Origin: a virus
Lineage: Duplodnaviria; Caudoviricetes
Direction: 5' to 3' (one strand)
Length of the DNA stretch: 64,000 nucleotides
IMG/VR virus record: IMGVR_UViG_3300031992_002338
Position 1 is the stretch's first letter, and every line of letters begins with the position of its first letter. Both the position numbers and the translations under genes were made by a program. The notes beneath the pieces were generated by a model. That model saw only the letters and a list, made by a program, of their open reading frames with translations. It made no database searches and was not told the origin of the DNA. Below are positions 36,494 through 46,511 of the stretch, one piece after another.

Positions 36494-37385
36494 TGTTAAT
36501 CAGTTTTTTGATTTCTATATAAGAATCTCCTTGGAAATTATCGCTTTCTTCTTTATCTCTTAATGTTATATTTCCAACAAGTGTATAAACAAATGTTTTT
36601 TCCGAAATGCTAGTTTTCTGCGAAGACATTGAAAATAAATTATATGTATTGCCCATGACGCAAGGAGCTGTTGTCCAATTATCTATTTTATTTCCAGGTA
36701 TATTATATGTGCATTCATATGTCCATTCAATTACTTGATTGCTTTCACAGCTTACAATTTTTGTTCCAAGTGATTCTATAAGTTCTTCAACGCTGTGTGA
36801 CTTGCTTTCATTTTCCGTTTGTTGGTTTATATTGGTGCAAGTCGCATCAGTCAAGAAATATGTAATATTTTCTTCATGATGTTCGATATCAGCATTATAG
36901 TCTTCAATTAAAATCCCATAAATCGAAGGTTTACAAGCTGCGTCTTGGTCAGATGTCATTGTACTTTCACAATTTCCAATGGAAAACTTATATGTGGCTC
37001 TTCTTTCTTTCTCTGAAGTGTTCTTAAGGACTTTAGCCATTATAGAGCCATTATAGAATTCAAAATCGTATAAGAAGTCTGTGTTTCCACTTAAATATGA
37101 GACGTTCCATTCCCCATCACAGTTACTGCTGTAATATGTACCGATTGTAATTCTATCTTCGCTGCCTTCACTAGGTAAAAATATACCGTTAGGATATACT
37201 CCGCAATTACATTGACAATCAGAGCTAGCACGAACAGTGTGAGTGGCTGTTATTGAATTTCCTTTGTCATTGGTATATGTTATTGTGTATACCATGTCTT
37301 CATTTCCCTTGTTTGGTTGGAAAATGGCATATCCATTATTATTAATTGTTGCGGTATCATTTGGTGAAATGCTCCAAGTACCCAT
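36483..37385 (-). CDS. Ig/BACON-like virion-associated protein
   Basis: TWSISP..TATI...G (Ig-like) and N.S.K.R.AT (BACON-like). Confidence 0.5.
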   Translation of the reverse strand: MGTWSISPNDTATINNNGYAIFQPNKGNEDMVYTITYTNDKGNSITATHTVRASSDCQCNCGVYPNGIFLPSEGSEDRITIGTYYSSNCDGEWNVSYLSGNTDFLYDFEFYNGSIMAKVLKNTSEKERRATYKFSIGNCESTMTSDQDAACKPSIYGILIEDYNADIEHHEENITYFLTDATCTNINQQTENESKSHSVEELIESLGTKIVSCESNQVIEWTYECTYNIPGNKIDNWTTAPCVMGNTYNLFSMSSQKTSISEKTFVYTLVGNITLRDKEESDNFQGDSYIEIKKLINIKS

Positions 37386-37387
37386 AA

Positions 37388-40300
37388 TTAATTATTGTTT
37401 TTTTGCGTTATTTTAAATTTTTTCTTTCCACCAGAACATTTTGAATAACTTCTATTTGGTGAAATAATACTACAAGTTGGTGAATCTTTTTCTATTAGTT
37501 GTCCTTTTCTAGTTCTACCTGTATCTTGCTGTTCACTACCATTTATAATTACTTCCTTTTCAATGGCATACAAGTCAGTTCCATCGCACATCATTTCACC
37601 ACTAATTTCAATCCAATCTGTCTTTGGGTCTGGCGTAGGTTCTGGAGGTTCTGGTTCAACATACCCACATTCTTCTGAATTAATACTAATAAGTTTTCCT
37701 AATTTAGTTTTACCAGTCTTAGTCCATTCGTTTCCTCCGTCAGTGGATATATATTCCTCTAATTTTTCATATAAATCATAATTAAGGCATTCTGTCCCAG
37801 CTGCTTCCCATTTTTGTTTGGTTGGCGTTCCATTTCCGATATATTGAACATCGAATATTGTTGTAGAAGGAATCATTTGTGCTAAATAGTTCATGACAAC
37901 AGTATCAAGGTATTTTATTTCACATTGTCCTTCTTTACTATACCATTTATTGTGGAGATAGAATTTTATAGTAAGCCTCTTGTTATTCATGATTTGATTG
38001 GTAACATCATCTATATCTTTTTGACTATCAATGTTTACCATATTCTCTAATGTATAAGGTGTACCACCAATCATTCCTTTTGTAAGATTGTATGCACAAT
38101 TTCCAGAACTTACTTCTTCTTCTGATTTATCACTAAGTGTATATGAGCTAACATTAAATTCATCACCATCTATCCTATATTTTCTATACATTTCTTCAAG
38201 AGCTTGTGCCTTATTTGAATCTTCTCCGTAGAACATGACTGTATTACATTTGGTTAATGCGCTTTCTTTATGCCTAGCGCATTTATCTTCTTTGTCATAG
38301 TCTATTTTATAATAAGAGCCGAAGTAGTGTATTTTGGTATCAGTAAGTCCAGATATATAAGGGAAATATTGTTTTATTTCCTCATTTTCATGTATCAAGT
38401 TCTCAAATCCATATCCATAAATTTCATTTTCCAAATGATAGTAATATGACTCATAGCATCTTTCGTCAAACAGTTCATTTTCAATTGGGTATTTAAACAA
38501 TCTTTTGAAATGTGTTAAATATTCATGACCGCTATCATATTTCATATTTCCATTATGCGGGTTATTACCTTCATAATAATTGGTAATGGTGTTAACTTTA
38601 ATATATTCTTGGTCATTATCTTTAAGCCTTCTCCAACCATTATTAATCTCATTTGTTGCCAATCTATTCGAGTAATATGAATTATCTATTATGAAATAGT
38701 TGGTTGTATTATCAGTGACCTCATCATCTAATATCATGAAGGTATCAATGGTATAGGCCCCATCATAGTTAGACTTACACACGAACTGTGGTTTATCATC
38801 TGATTCGTTGTCTTGGTCTTTGTATAGGATATATGCCTTGACCTCGTATCCATTATCCTTATCATAGATGTTATAAATTACCTCTTCGCCTTTATTATTA
38901 TAGACAACAATTGTTGAGGTGAAGAACTTATCATCACCAATCTTTATGTAATCGTATTCTTTAATTAAAGAAATGTACCTATATGGTTTCTCGTTATCGC
39001 CTGAATATTCATACTTTATTGTAAACACATCATTATCCACGATTGCTATTCCATTTTCCACATGTGTGACATAGAATATTGACCCGTCATCAATGGTATT
39101 TATCGGAGTTGATATTAAATCTTTAATGGTATCAACTCTTTTTATATTCCTTATTGTTTCTTTATATAATGGGTGGTTATCTATTACTTCGTCATCTTCA
39201 TCGCTTCCTTCTGGAACATAACAAGTATATGCAATATTATCGTCAACATCATATTGGAAGTTGTATTTTCCTTCATCGAAACATTGTTCTCTGTCATCAC
39301 AGTCTTGTACGGTCTTTGACATCCATCCACCATCCATTTGGAAATATGGATTTCCATCCAACTCGTCATATTTGTTGAAATCTGGATATAAGAATCTTCT
39401 CTTAACTGGTGCGTTATTCTCATCTATTCTCTTGAATGCATCGTCTTTTTTGTTAGTGTATTCTTGAAGGTTTTTTGGGTCAGCATCTAACGGGCTTACC
39501 TCTATATAACATTCATTTAATGGTTCTTTTTCATCATTATTAAAATCATATTGTTCTTCAACATCTCTATATTTAACAGGCAATCCTTGATAAGGTACAT
39601 AGTCACTTTGTGAACCATATTTCGTATAGTTAGATGTATTTCTATTATCATAGGTAATTGTTTTTGTTGAATTAATCCAGTCAATTCTATACATTTGGTG
39701 AACTGCATCCCATTTCTCATCTAATCTTTTTGCAAAAGAAGAATATTCAACTATGTCATAATCGTAATCATTTGTTTTGCATCCCAAGTCTTTTGTATAC
39801 TGCGGAAGTCTATCGACCCACCTTTTGCTTTTAAGCCCAAACATGGCTAGTATCATCTCTATACCTTCGATAGTTCCTTTATGACGCCAGATGTAAGGAG
39901 AATTTATGACTAATCTCCTAATGAATTCATTATTAGCATCTAGATAAGTATATGAACGTTCGTCAGAAAAAGCTTTTATTCTATTAAGAAGTTTACCATT
40001 AGATTCATCATAATATGTATTGCCACTACCTTCTGCTGTTAAGTATTTATATTTAGCTTCATCTTCGGTATCATCACTATCGTTATTATAACAGTCTTGT
40101 TGTTTACCTACTGCCCAGCAAGGTGGTGTACCATCGCTACATGAAACGAAGTATCCGTCAGGAAATTCTAGCAAACCATTCCTATATGGTCTAACCTCTT
40201 TTTTCATGTTTTGGCTAAATTGTCTAACAATTTTTTTATCACCTTCTTTGTTATCAAGTTGTTGTTGAATATCGTACTCATCTGGGTCTATATATACCTT

Positions 40301-42229
40301 TACATTATTTTCATCAAAATAATATTCTTCAAGGTTATATGGATATACAAGGCATACATCCCATCCTTTATTTTCTGCTTGGTCAATTAGGAAGTAATCT
40401 GGAATATTGCTTCTTTCGTCATATGTTACTCTATTAACATTCCTGATATTGTTAATATAAGTTAGTATTTCATCGAACTCTCTAGCAAACACCCTCAAAG
40501 CTTTTTGTATTTTTTGACCGCCATTAACATATTCTTCTTCGTCACCGTAAGTGAATTCACGAGTATATGTCCAGTCAAAATTCTTGATAGCCTCATGGGT
40601 CATTGACCTATATAGGTTATCAGTAAACAATTCATCATAATATGTTCCAATCTCAGCGAATCTACTTGTATATTCAGTAAATCCAAATGATTTTGCATCC
40701 AAATTATAATTACCATAAGATGTTGGGAATGTAAATGTTTCCAATTCTCTATAATATCCTCTTTCATTATCTTTTATTACAGAAAATACAGCATTATATC
40801 TTGGCGTTGTTTTTCTATCGACAATAATGTTTTGGAAATTATCGCATCCGTTATAGAAATCCACAATGAATTTTTCTTTTGGCCTTATATGTATGCCTTC
40901 TTTGTTAGACAAATACACTATTTCATCATTATCACCAATCCAAGCACCAAAAACTACACTTTTGCCATCTTCATCTTGGTCATTTACATCAAGTTCGTTT
41001 TTCGGTGTTGCTGAAATACTAGCAGCCTTGTATCCTTTACATGGTGTCCCAAAATAGCATTCTATGTTTCCGCACATTGCACCTTTAGCTATTGTGTATA
41101 CAGTGTTTTCCTCCCATTCTTCTGGTACATTTTCTTGTGCCTCTTCAAGTGTTTCAAAAAACTTACCATATACAGAATATTCAGTACAAGGACAATCTCC
41201 AGTAATGGTTACTATTTTTTCTATTCTATATTTGTCATTGTAATTATTGAAATTTTCTCTAATTTCTCCATCTATAAAATTGTCCACCAATTCTTCATAG
41301 TCATCCTTTCCATTTTCAGTTATAGTGTCATTATCGTTTTCCATCCACCATACTTCATTATCTGGTTTGTTAAAATATTCTTCTAGAATCTCTGGTTTCA
41401 AATAATCATAATAGAAAGCATCGAGGCCATAAATTTCATCTAGGATTCTTTCATGTCTTACGACCTTTATGAAATTTCTCGTTTTCCAAGATTCAATTTC
41501 TTTACCATCAATTCCTTCGTTTTCGATAATTTGATAATTTTTATATCCTTTTTGTGAAAAATACTTTAATTCTTTACCATCTAATGGTTTTTTGATTGAA
41601 TGTATATCAATACCGAATGGATTATCAACATATTTATCATTAGTGGTGTATTCTTCTTCAGAATCATTTGTGCATGTTTTACATTTATTTCCGCTAACTG
41701 TAATCCTTTTGCATTCGCTAGTATTTTCATCTAAATCCCCAAGAAGTTGTCTTCTTTCGATTCGATTGAAGTCAATTGTTACTGTTTGTGTATAATATGC
41801 GTTTTCATTTGTTACATATAGTTCTCCTGGAAATCTAGCTAAAATATCATTTATTGAAGCCCTAAACATTTCAGTTAAAGAACCATAATATGCAAAGTCA
41901 CAGAAATCATAATAGTCTTGTTTTAGGATAATTTTAACGTCATTTTGGTCTTCAAAATCACTAGTCATACTACTTAAGCTATTAAGAGTCCATGTAACAC
42001 CGCTTTCTTCATTTTCTTTCCAGTTTGTTTGGTTGTATTGATTAGCAACTTTGCCATCATTTCTTACGGTGATAATGAAATTGCTGCTTTTATATATTGG
42101 TATTTGTCCAGCAGAAAATTGGTTGACACCACCAATTGTAGTAATGTCACGTTCCCATATAGTTCCATCTGATATTTCTTGATGTCTCTTTCTAAGGATG
42201 TAATTTGAATGCGATTTTATTAGAGCCAT
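37388..42229 (-). CDS. Large baseplate/tail protein with a P2 gpI/T4 gp7-like motif
   Basis: IWRHKGTIEGIEMIL motif, C-terminal duplicated Cys module and a Pro-rich linker; lies in the baseplate operon. Confidence 0.6.
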   Translation of the reverse strand: MALIKSHSNYILRKRHQEISDGTIWERDITTIGGVNQFSAGQIPIYKSSNFIITVRNDGKVANQYNQTNWKENEESGVTWTLNSLSSMTSDFEDQNDVKIILKQDYYDFCDFAYYGSLTEMFRASINDILARFPGELYVTNENAYYTQTVTIDFNRIERRQLLGDLDENTSECKRITVSGNKCKTCTNDSEEEYTTNDKYVDNPFGIDIHSIKKPLDGKELKYFSQKGYKNYQIIENEGIDGKEIESWKTRNFIKVVRHERILDEIYGLDAFYYDYLKPEILEEYFNKPDNEVWWMENDNDTITENGKDDYEELVDNFIDGEIRENFNNYNDKYRIEKIVTITGDCPCTEYSVYGKFFETLEEAQENVPEEWEENTVYTIAKGAMCGNIECYFGTPCKGYKAASISATPKNELDVNDQDEDGKSVVFGAWIGDNDEIVYLSNKEGIHIRPKEKFIVDFYNGCDNFQNIIVDRKTTPRYNAVFSVIKDNERGYYRELETFTFPTSYGNYNLDAKSFGFTEYTSRFAEIGTYYDELFTDNLYRSMTHEAIKNFDWTYTREFTYGDEEEYVNGGQKIQKALRVFAREFDEILTYINNIRNVNRVTYDERSNIPDYFLIDQAENKGWDVCLVYPYNLEEYYFDENNVKVYIDPDEYDIQQQLDNKEGDKKIVRQFSQNMKKEVRPYRNGLLEFPDGYFVSCSDGTPPCWAVGKQQDCYNNDSDDTEDEAKYKYLTAEGSGNTYYDESNGKLLNRIKAFSDERSYTYLDANNEFIRRLVINSPYIWRHKGTIEGIEMILAMFGLKSKRWVDRLPQYTKDLGCKTNDYDYDIVEYSSFAKRLDEKWDAVHQMYRIDWINSTKTITYDNRNTSNYTKYGSQSDYVPYQGLPVKYRDVEEQYDFNNDEKEPLNECYIEVSPLDADPKNLQEYTNKKDDAFKRIDENNAPVKRRFLYPDFNKYDELDGNPYFQMDGGWMSKTVQDCDDREQCFDEGKYNFQYDVDDNIAYTCYVPEGSDEDDEVIDNHPLYKETIRNIKRVDTIKDLISTPINTIDDGSIFYVTHVENGIAIVDNDVFTIKYEYSGDNEKPYRYISLIKEYDYIKIGDDKFFTSTIVVYNNKGEEVIYNIYDKDNGYEVKAYILYKDQDNESDDKPQFVCKSNYDGAYTIDTFMILDDEVTDNTTNYFIIDNSYYSNRLATNEINNGWRRLKDNDQEYIKVNTITNYYEGNNPHNGNMKYDSGHEYLTHFKRLFKYPIENELFDERCYESYYYHLENEIYGYGFENLIHENEEIKQYFPYISGLTDTKIHYFGSYYKIDYDKEDKCARHKESALTKCNTVMFYGEDSNKAQALEEMYRKYRIDGDEFNVSSYTLSDKSEEEVSSGNCAYNLTKGMIGGTPYTLENMVNIDSQKDIDDVTNQIMNNKRLTIKFYLHNKWYSKEGQCEIKYLDTVVMNYLAQMIPSTTIFDVQYIGNGTPTKQKWEAAGTECLNYDLYEKLEEYISTDGGNEWTKTGKTKLGKLISINSEECGYVEPEPPEPTPDPKTDWIEISGEMMCDGTDLYAIEKEVIINGSEQQDTGRTRKGQLIEKDSPTCSIISPNRSYSKCSGGKKKFKITQKNNN

Positions 42230-42231
42230 TT

Positions 42232-43149
42232 TTATCCTATTTTATCAGTAATTATCTGACTGAAATCGATGCTATTCTTTTTATTTTGTTTAACTTCATA
42301 GATTGGATTTCCAGTATATTGGTCTTTCAATGTATAATGTTCTGCTTGATGATAAATTTCATTCTCATTATTGAAAGTGGTAACAAGTCCATTATCCAAA
42401 TCTCTCAATTGGCTGTTTTCTAGCATATAGCTAATCGTATCAAGCGTATGTGTTGTCATTTCTATATCAAGCTGTATCGGTTCGAAGAATGTATTGACTA
42501 GCAATATTCTCTGTGTTGGTTTCCCTATATATGGAAGAGCATTGCTTTTGAAAGTAGGGGCTGATGAAGGAGATACAGTAATGAATATCAAGCTAGAACT
42601 ATCCTCGTAGCGATATGAATATGATTTATCACTAGAAGAATTCGGTTCTTGTACCACAGGCTCGCATTTATTGTTTGATGTTATTATCCTATAGTAGTCT
42701 TGTCTTGTTCCGTTTTCATCAAGATAAATTATTCTATACCCAACTAGTTCATTGTTTTTTCTAGCTTTAGCCATGATACTTGAATTTCTAATATCTGTTG
42801 TATCTACCACGATTCCCATCACATTTGGAAAAGCGGTAAGGCTACCGACATCAGCAATGACAGCCTCGATTTCCCTTGGTTTTATATAGACAGTATAGAA
42901 TCCCTTTTTATTGAATTCGCTTAGAGGCAGCTGTAAATTATACATCCCCTCAATGTATTCGTCAACATCACTGTCTTCAATTTTTCTTTTTGCTTGGGTC
43001 AAAATACTAGATTCCAAATGTTTAAATTCGGCATTCGAAATTGAGTCATAACTTCTAGTTTCGTGATAAGCATAAGAAATATCCACCAAATTAGGAATAT
43101 CCACATTTGCTATATTAATCGGTATTGTTGTTCCGTATGCTCCTATCAT
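42232..43149 (-). CDS. Putative virion structural protein
   Basis: Position in the baseplate operon. Confidence 0.55.
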   Translation of the reverse strand: MIGAYGTTIPINIANVDIPNLVDISYAYHETRSYDSISNAEFKHLESSILTQAKRKIEDSDVDEYIEGMYNLQLPLSEFNKKGFYTVYIKPREIEAVIADVGSLTAFPNVMGIVVDTTDIRNSSIMAKARKNNELVGYRIIYLDENGTRQDYYRIITSNNKCEPVVQEPNSSSDKSYSYRYEDSSSLIFITVSPSSAPTFKSNALPYIGKPTQRILLVNTFFEPIQLDIEMTTHTLDTISYMLENSQLRDLDNGLVTTFNNENEIYHQAEHYTLKDQYTGNPIYEVKQNKKNSIDFSQIITDKIG

Positions 43150-43163
43150 ATTGTTTTTTTTTT

Positions 43164-46100
43164 TTAATTATTTCTTATTTTAAAAAAATTATTACCAAAT
43201 TGTTCCAAAGCTTCCAAAGTATTTACTTCTCCAAGCTTTAAATGCTTTTCAAAAGCTGCATTTATTCCTCTGTCTATATAAATATCGCTCGTTATGTTTT
43301 CTATTACTGAACTCCCAAGTTTATACTCTTCTCTGAAGCATGGGAAAACTTGTAGCCCGTTGTGTGTTTCCATATCTCCACTGTATTTTTCACTAAATGT
43401 ATCACTATTACCACTGAATATATTTATATCAAACTTGAAATCTGCCATTGGGACTTCGTATGAGGAATCATATTGTGAATTATCAACATGTTCCATCTCT
43501 TGTGTCATTTTATACACATATATTGGATAGCTTATAGAGTGTACAATCGGGATAGTTCTATACTTCGGGATTATTGATGTTTTCTTTACCTTTTTCTTTA
43601 GATAATATTCCCTATTCTCTCTCACAAATTGTACAGTCTCATTATATTCTACACCATGATTGCACATCCCATTTTCATGGCATAACTTATAGTTCTCTTT
43701 TTCATTCCTAACCAAAGTTGCCCCAAGATAATATGTAATATCACAGAATATATTGTTATAGAATATATGTACCTCATCTTCTCTTTCTTCAAGTTCAGTC
43801 TTAGCTGATGTTGATGCTGAAATTGCACTTAAAGACGTATATCCGCTTGTAACTTCTGTATCTATGTATTTTCCTTTAACCTTAATTGAATACGTATCTC
43901 CACTTTCCAATGTCACATCAACAGTAGTTGCTGATTGAATGGTGTCATCGTATTCCTTGTAATAGAATGTCATTCTAGTTATTATATCGCCAACAAAATA
44001 GTTTTTACCAGATTCTATATCATCCAAATCTTCAGCAGTTTTTCTGAACCTAGATATATTAGCGGTATTTCCAACTTGGTATATCAGCTCTAAAACACTC
44101 CCTTCTTTTGGCTGGTGGCTGTAAGTTGTGCTATTAATGTCGTAAATTCCATCAATACTGTTTCCAATGCTATCTGTTAAGAAATTAGTCAGACTCAATT
44201 TTGACAGCTTAGATACTGTTCTTCCTTTTATTTCATCTGCCTTGTATGGCTGTATTTCAAATGGATAGTCAATCTGTATGAATGGTTTTCCATCAAAATA
44301 TTTTTCATCAGTCCTTAAAATAGCATTGCTTATGGTGGATAAAATTTCTCCACCTATTATTTCGCCATCATATGTGAGATATAATGTTTCACCAGAATTA
44401 TTTACGGTATATCCACTAATTCTGTAATATTCATCATAATTAATTTCCAATGTCCCACCACTAACTTCATATGAATTGTCATTGAAATCTATGTATTCCA
44501 TGATTCTTTCACTATTAAGTTCATCCCTTTTAAAATGTACATATTCATTAAAATTGAATGTTTTCCCACTACATGTTTCACTGACAACCTCACTTTCTTG
44601 TTTGAAGAACGGAAAATAAAATTGTTTTTTTGGCGCATAAAATTCAGCGAATATCTGTTTTCCATTAATATATGTATATGGGGTGTTGGTAAATGGCATC
44701 CTCAATATCATATATTTTTTATTCGACAAATATTTATTTGTCTTGTCATATTCAGCATATTCAGACTTTTTTATCTGGTACAACGACTCTCCTATTAATA
44801 TCCATCCTTCATCGCTAATTTTCAAAGGATATTTTTTCGACATTTGTTCTTTAAAATCTTCTTTTGCATCATCTAAAGATGACTTGTTAGAGACATATCT
44901 CACATTTTCATTGTCATATGCAAAATATGTTATGGCTGAGACATAAAAATCATTTTTATAGCAATATTTAACATCATCTCCATTCCATTCATAAGGATGG
45001 TTTATATAATAATTTGTATAGTCTTTCCAGCCAATAACTTCAATGTTCTTGCTCCCACATTTCGGACAATATTCAGAAAAAACTCCTTCATATTCGCAGT
45101 CATGGCATCTAGATGCGTATTTCTCCATATAAGTTTTGTCAAACTTATATCCAAGATTTGTGGTTGAACTAGAAAATAGACCTATTGACCTACCGTTTAT
45201 TGAAGAGACTGTCCCGATTTCATTTTTGCCATTACCTATCGCAGTGTTATCACTGTCTCCGTATTTTGCAGTTCTATAGTCGATTCCAAGCTCATACTCA
45301 TCAGAAAATATAGACTTTTCTCCCAAATCATCAATAGAGATTTGTAAATTTGTTGGCAAAATCATTGTTGGGATGAAACAATTCGTGTTAGCACTTATGG
45401 TTCTGTTGTTTGTCTCTAAATTATCTTGAATGGATTCATACCATTCAGTCATTGCTGAATAAATTCTTTTTCCACCCCTTTTAAAATATTCCTCACATTC
45501 GCAGCAATCTTTTATGTCTTCTTTTTTGCAATCCCAACTTTCAACCTCTCCATCTTTACCTTCCTCAAAATCAGCGATTTCATCATATGCAGTCCTTCCA
45601 CTAAACCATGCTAGCCATTTTATAACATCTGGATAAAACAATACATCTCTTTTCCAATAATCATTATATTTTTTTGGTATTATGAATGAAGGTACTATAT
45701 TCTCGCAAATCCACTTGAAGAAGCCGATATCATAAACATCAACCATCCCCATCTTGTCAGTCTTCTCATTTTTGTATTCATCATGGGCTTCAGTCGGTGT
45801 CATTCTCTTATATTCAGATGTATCTTTATCGAAAATCAAAACTTCTACTCTTCCACCTTTATCATAGAACTCTTTATCCAAGTCTATATATGTTTTCTTA
45901 TCTATTCCATATATCATTTGGTCAGCATACTTAGTAAGAGACTCATAGTTGTAATAGTCTTCCGCACTAGTGTACACTCTGTTGCAATGGCTATAACGTT
46001 TCAATAAATTATAATATTCATTGAAAAAATGATACCATTGGCTAAGTCTTTCAAAAGACAAAGTGAAGATTGGCTCTACAAATGACCTCTCATCATCGCA

Positions 46101-46511
46101 GAAATTATCATAGTAATAAGGTACTTCATTATCGTCAAAATGCGTTGGAGAACCGCTTACATCATCATACCTATTATAATCAATGTAATTCCCATAGCAA
46201 TGACAGCAAGCCGAACATTCTTTTCCAAAATCCACCAACGTATATGATGAAAATATCGGTTTTCTATCATTCAAAGGAGAATCACCTTCATCAAAGCTGT
46301 TAGGGAGTGGCTTAACAACTATATTAAGAGGTATCATACCCCAGTTGCTAGTATATTGCCATTCCCTATCCTTTAATGATTCGCTATCGAAATAGAATAT
46401 CTTGGGATTCTTGCCTTGTTCATCCAAAATCCCGTTGTAATAAGATGGCCAGACACTAGGAAGCCTAGATGTCATTGGTTCTAATGATATATGTTTCTGT
46501 ATAATTTTCAT
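43164..46511 (-). CDS. Large putative structural protein
   Basis: 1115 aa, in the baseplate operon, with an internal CxxC..CxxC. Confidence 0.55.
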   Translation of the reverse strand: MKIIQKHISLEPMTSRLPSVWPSYYNGILDEQGKNPKIFYFDSESLKDREWQYTSNWGMIPLNIVVKPLPNSFDEGDSPLNDRKPIFSSYTLVDFGKECSACCHCYGNYIDYNRYDDVSGSPTHFDDNEVPYYYDNFCDDERSFVEPIFTLSFERLSQWYHFFNEYYNLLKRYSHCNRVYTSAEDYYNYESLTKYADQMIYGIDKKTYIDLDKEFYDKGGRVEVLIFDKDTSEYKRMTPTEAHDEYKNEKTDKMGMVDVYDIGFFKWICENIVPSFIIPKKYNDYWKRDVLFYPDVIKWLAWFSGRTAYDEIADFEEGKDGEVESWDCKKEDIKDCCECEEYFKRGGKRIYSAMTEWYESIQDNLETNNRTISANTNCFIPTMILPTNLQISIDDLGEKSIFSDEYELGIDYRTAKYGDSDNTAIGNGKNEIGTVSSINGRSIGLFSSSTTNLGYKFDKTYMEKYASRCHDCEYEGVFSEYCPKCGSKNIEVIGWKDYTNYYINHPYEWNGDDVKYCYKNDFYVSAITYFAYDNENVRYVSNKSSLDDAKEDFKEQMSKKYPLKISDEGWILIGESLYQIKKSEYAEYDKTNKYLSNKKYMILRMPFTNTPYTYINGKQIFAEFYAPKKQFYFPFFKQESEVVSETCSGKTFNFNEYVHFKRDELNSERIMEYIDFNDNSYEVSGGTLEINYDEYYRISGYTVNNSGETLYLTYDGEIIGGEILSTISNAILRTDEKYFDGKPFIQIDYPFEIQPYKADEIKGRTVSKLSKLSLTNFLTDSIGNSIDGIYDINSTTYSHQPKEGSVLELIYQVGNTANISRFRKTAEDLDDIESGKNYFVGDIITRMTFYYKEYDDTIQSATTVDVTLESGDTYSIKVKGKYIDTEVTSGYTSLSAISASTSAKTELEEREDEVHIFYNNIFCDITYYLGATLVRNEKENYKLCHENGMCNHGVEYNETVQFVRENREYYLKKKVKKTSIIPKYRTIPIVHSISYPIYVYKMTQEMEHVDNSQYDSSYEVPMADFKFDINIFSGNSDTFSEKYSGDMETHNGLQVFPCFREEYKLGSSVIENITSDIYIDRGINAAFEKHLKLGEVNTLEALEQFGNNFFKIRNN

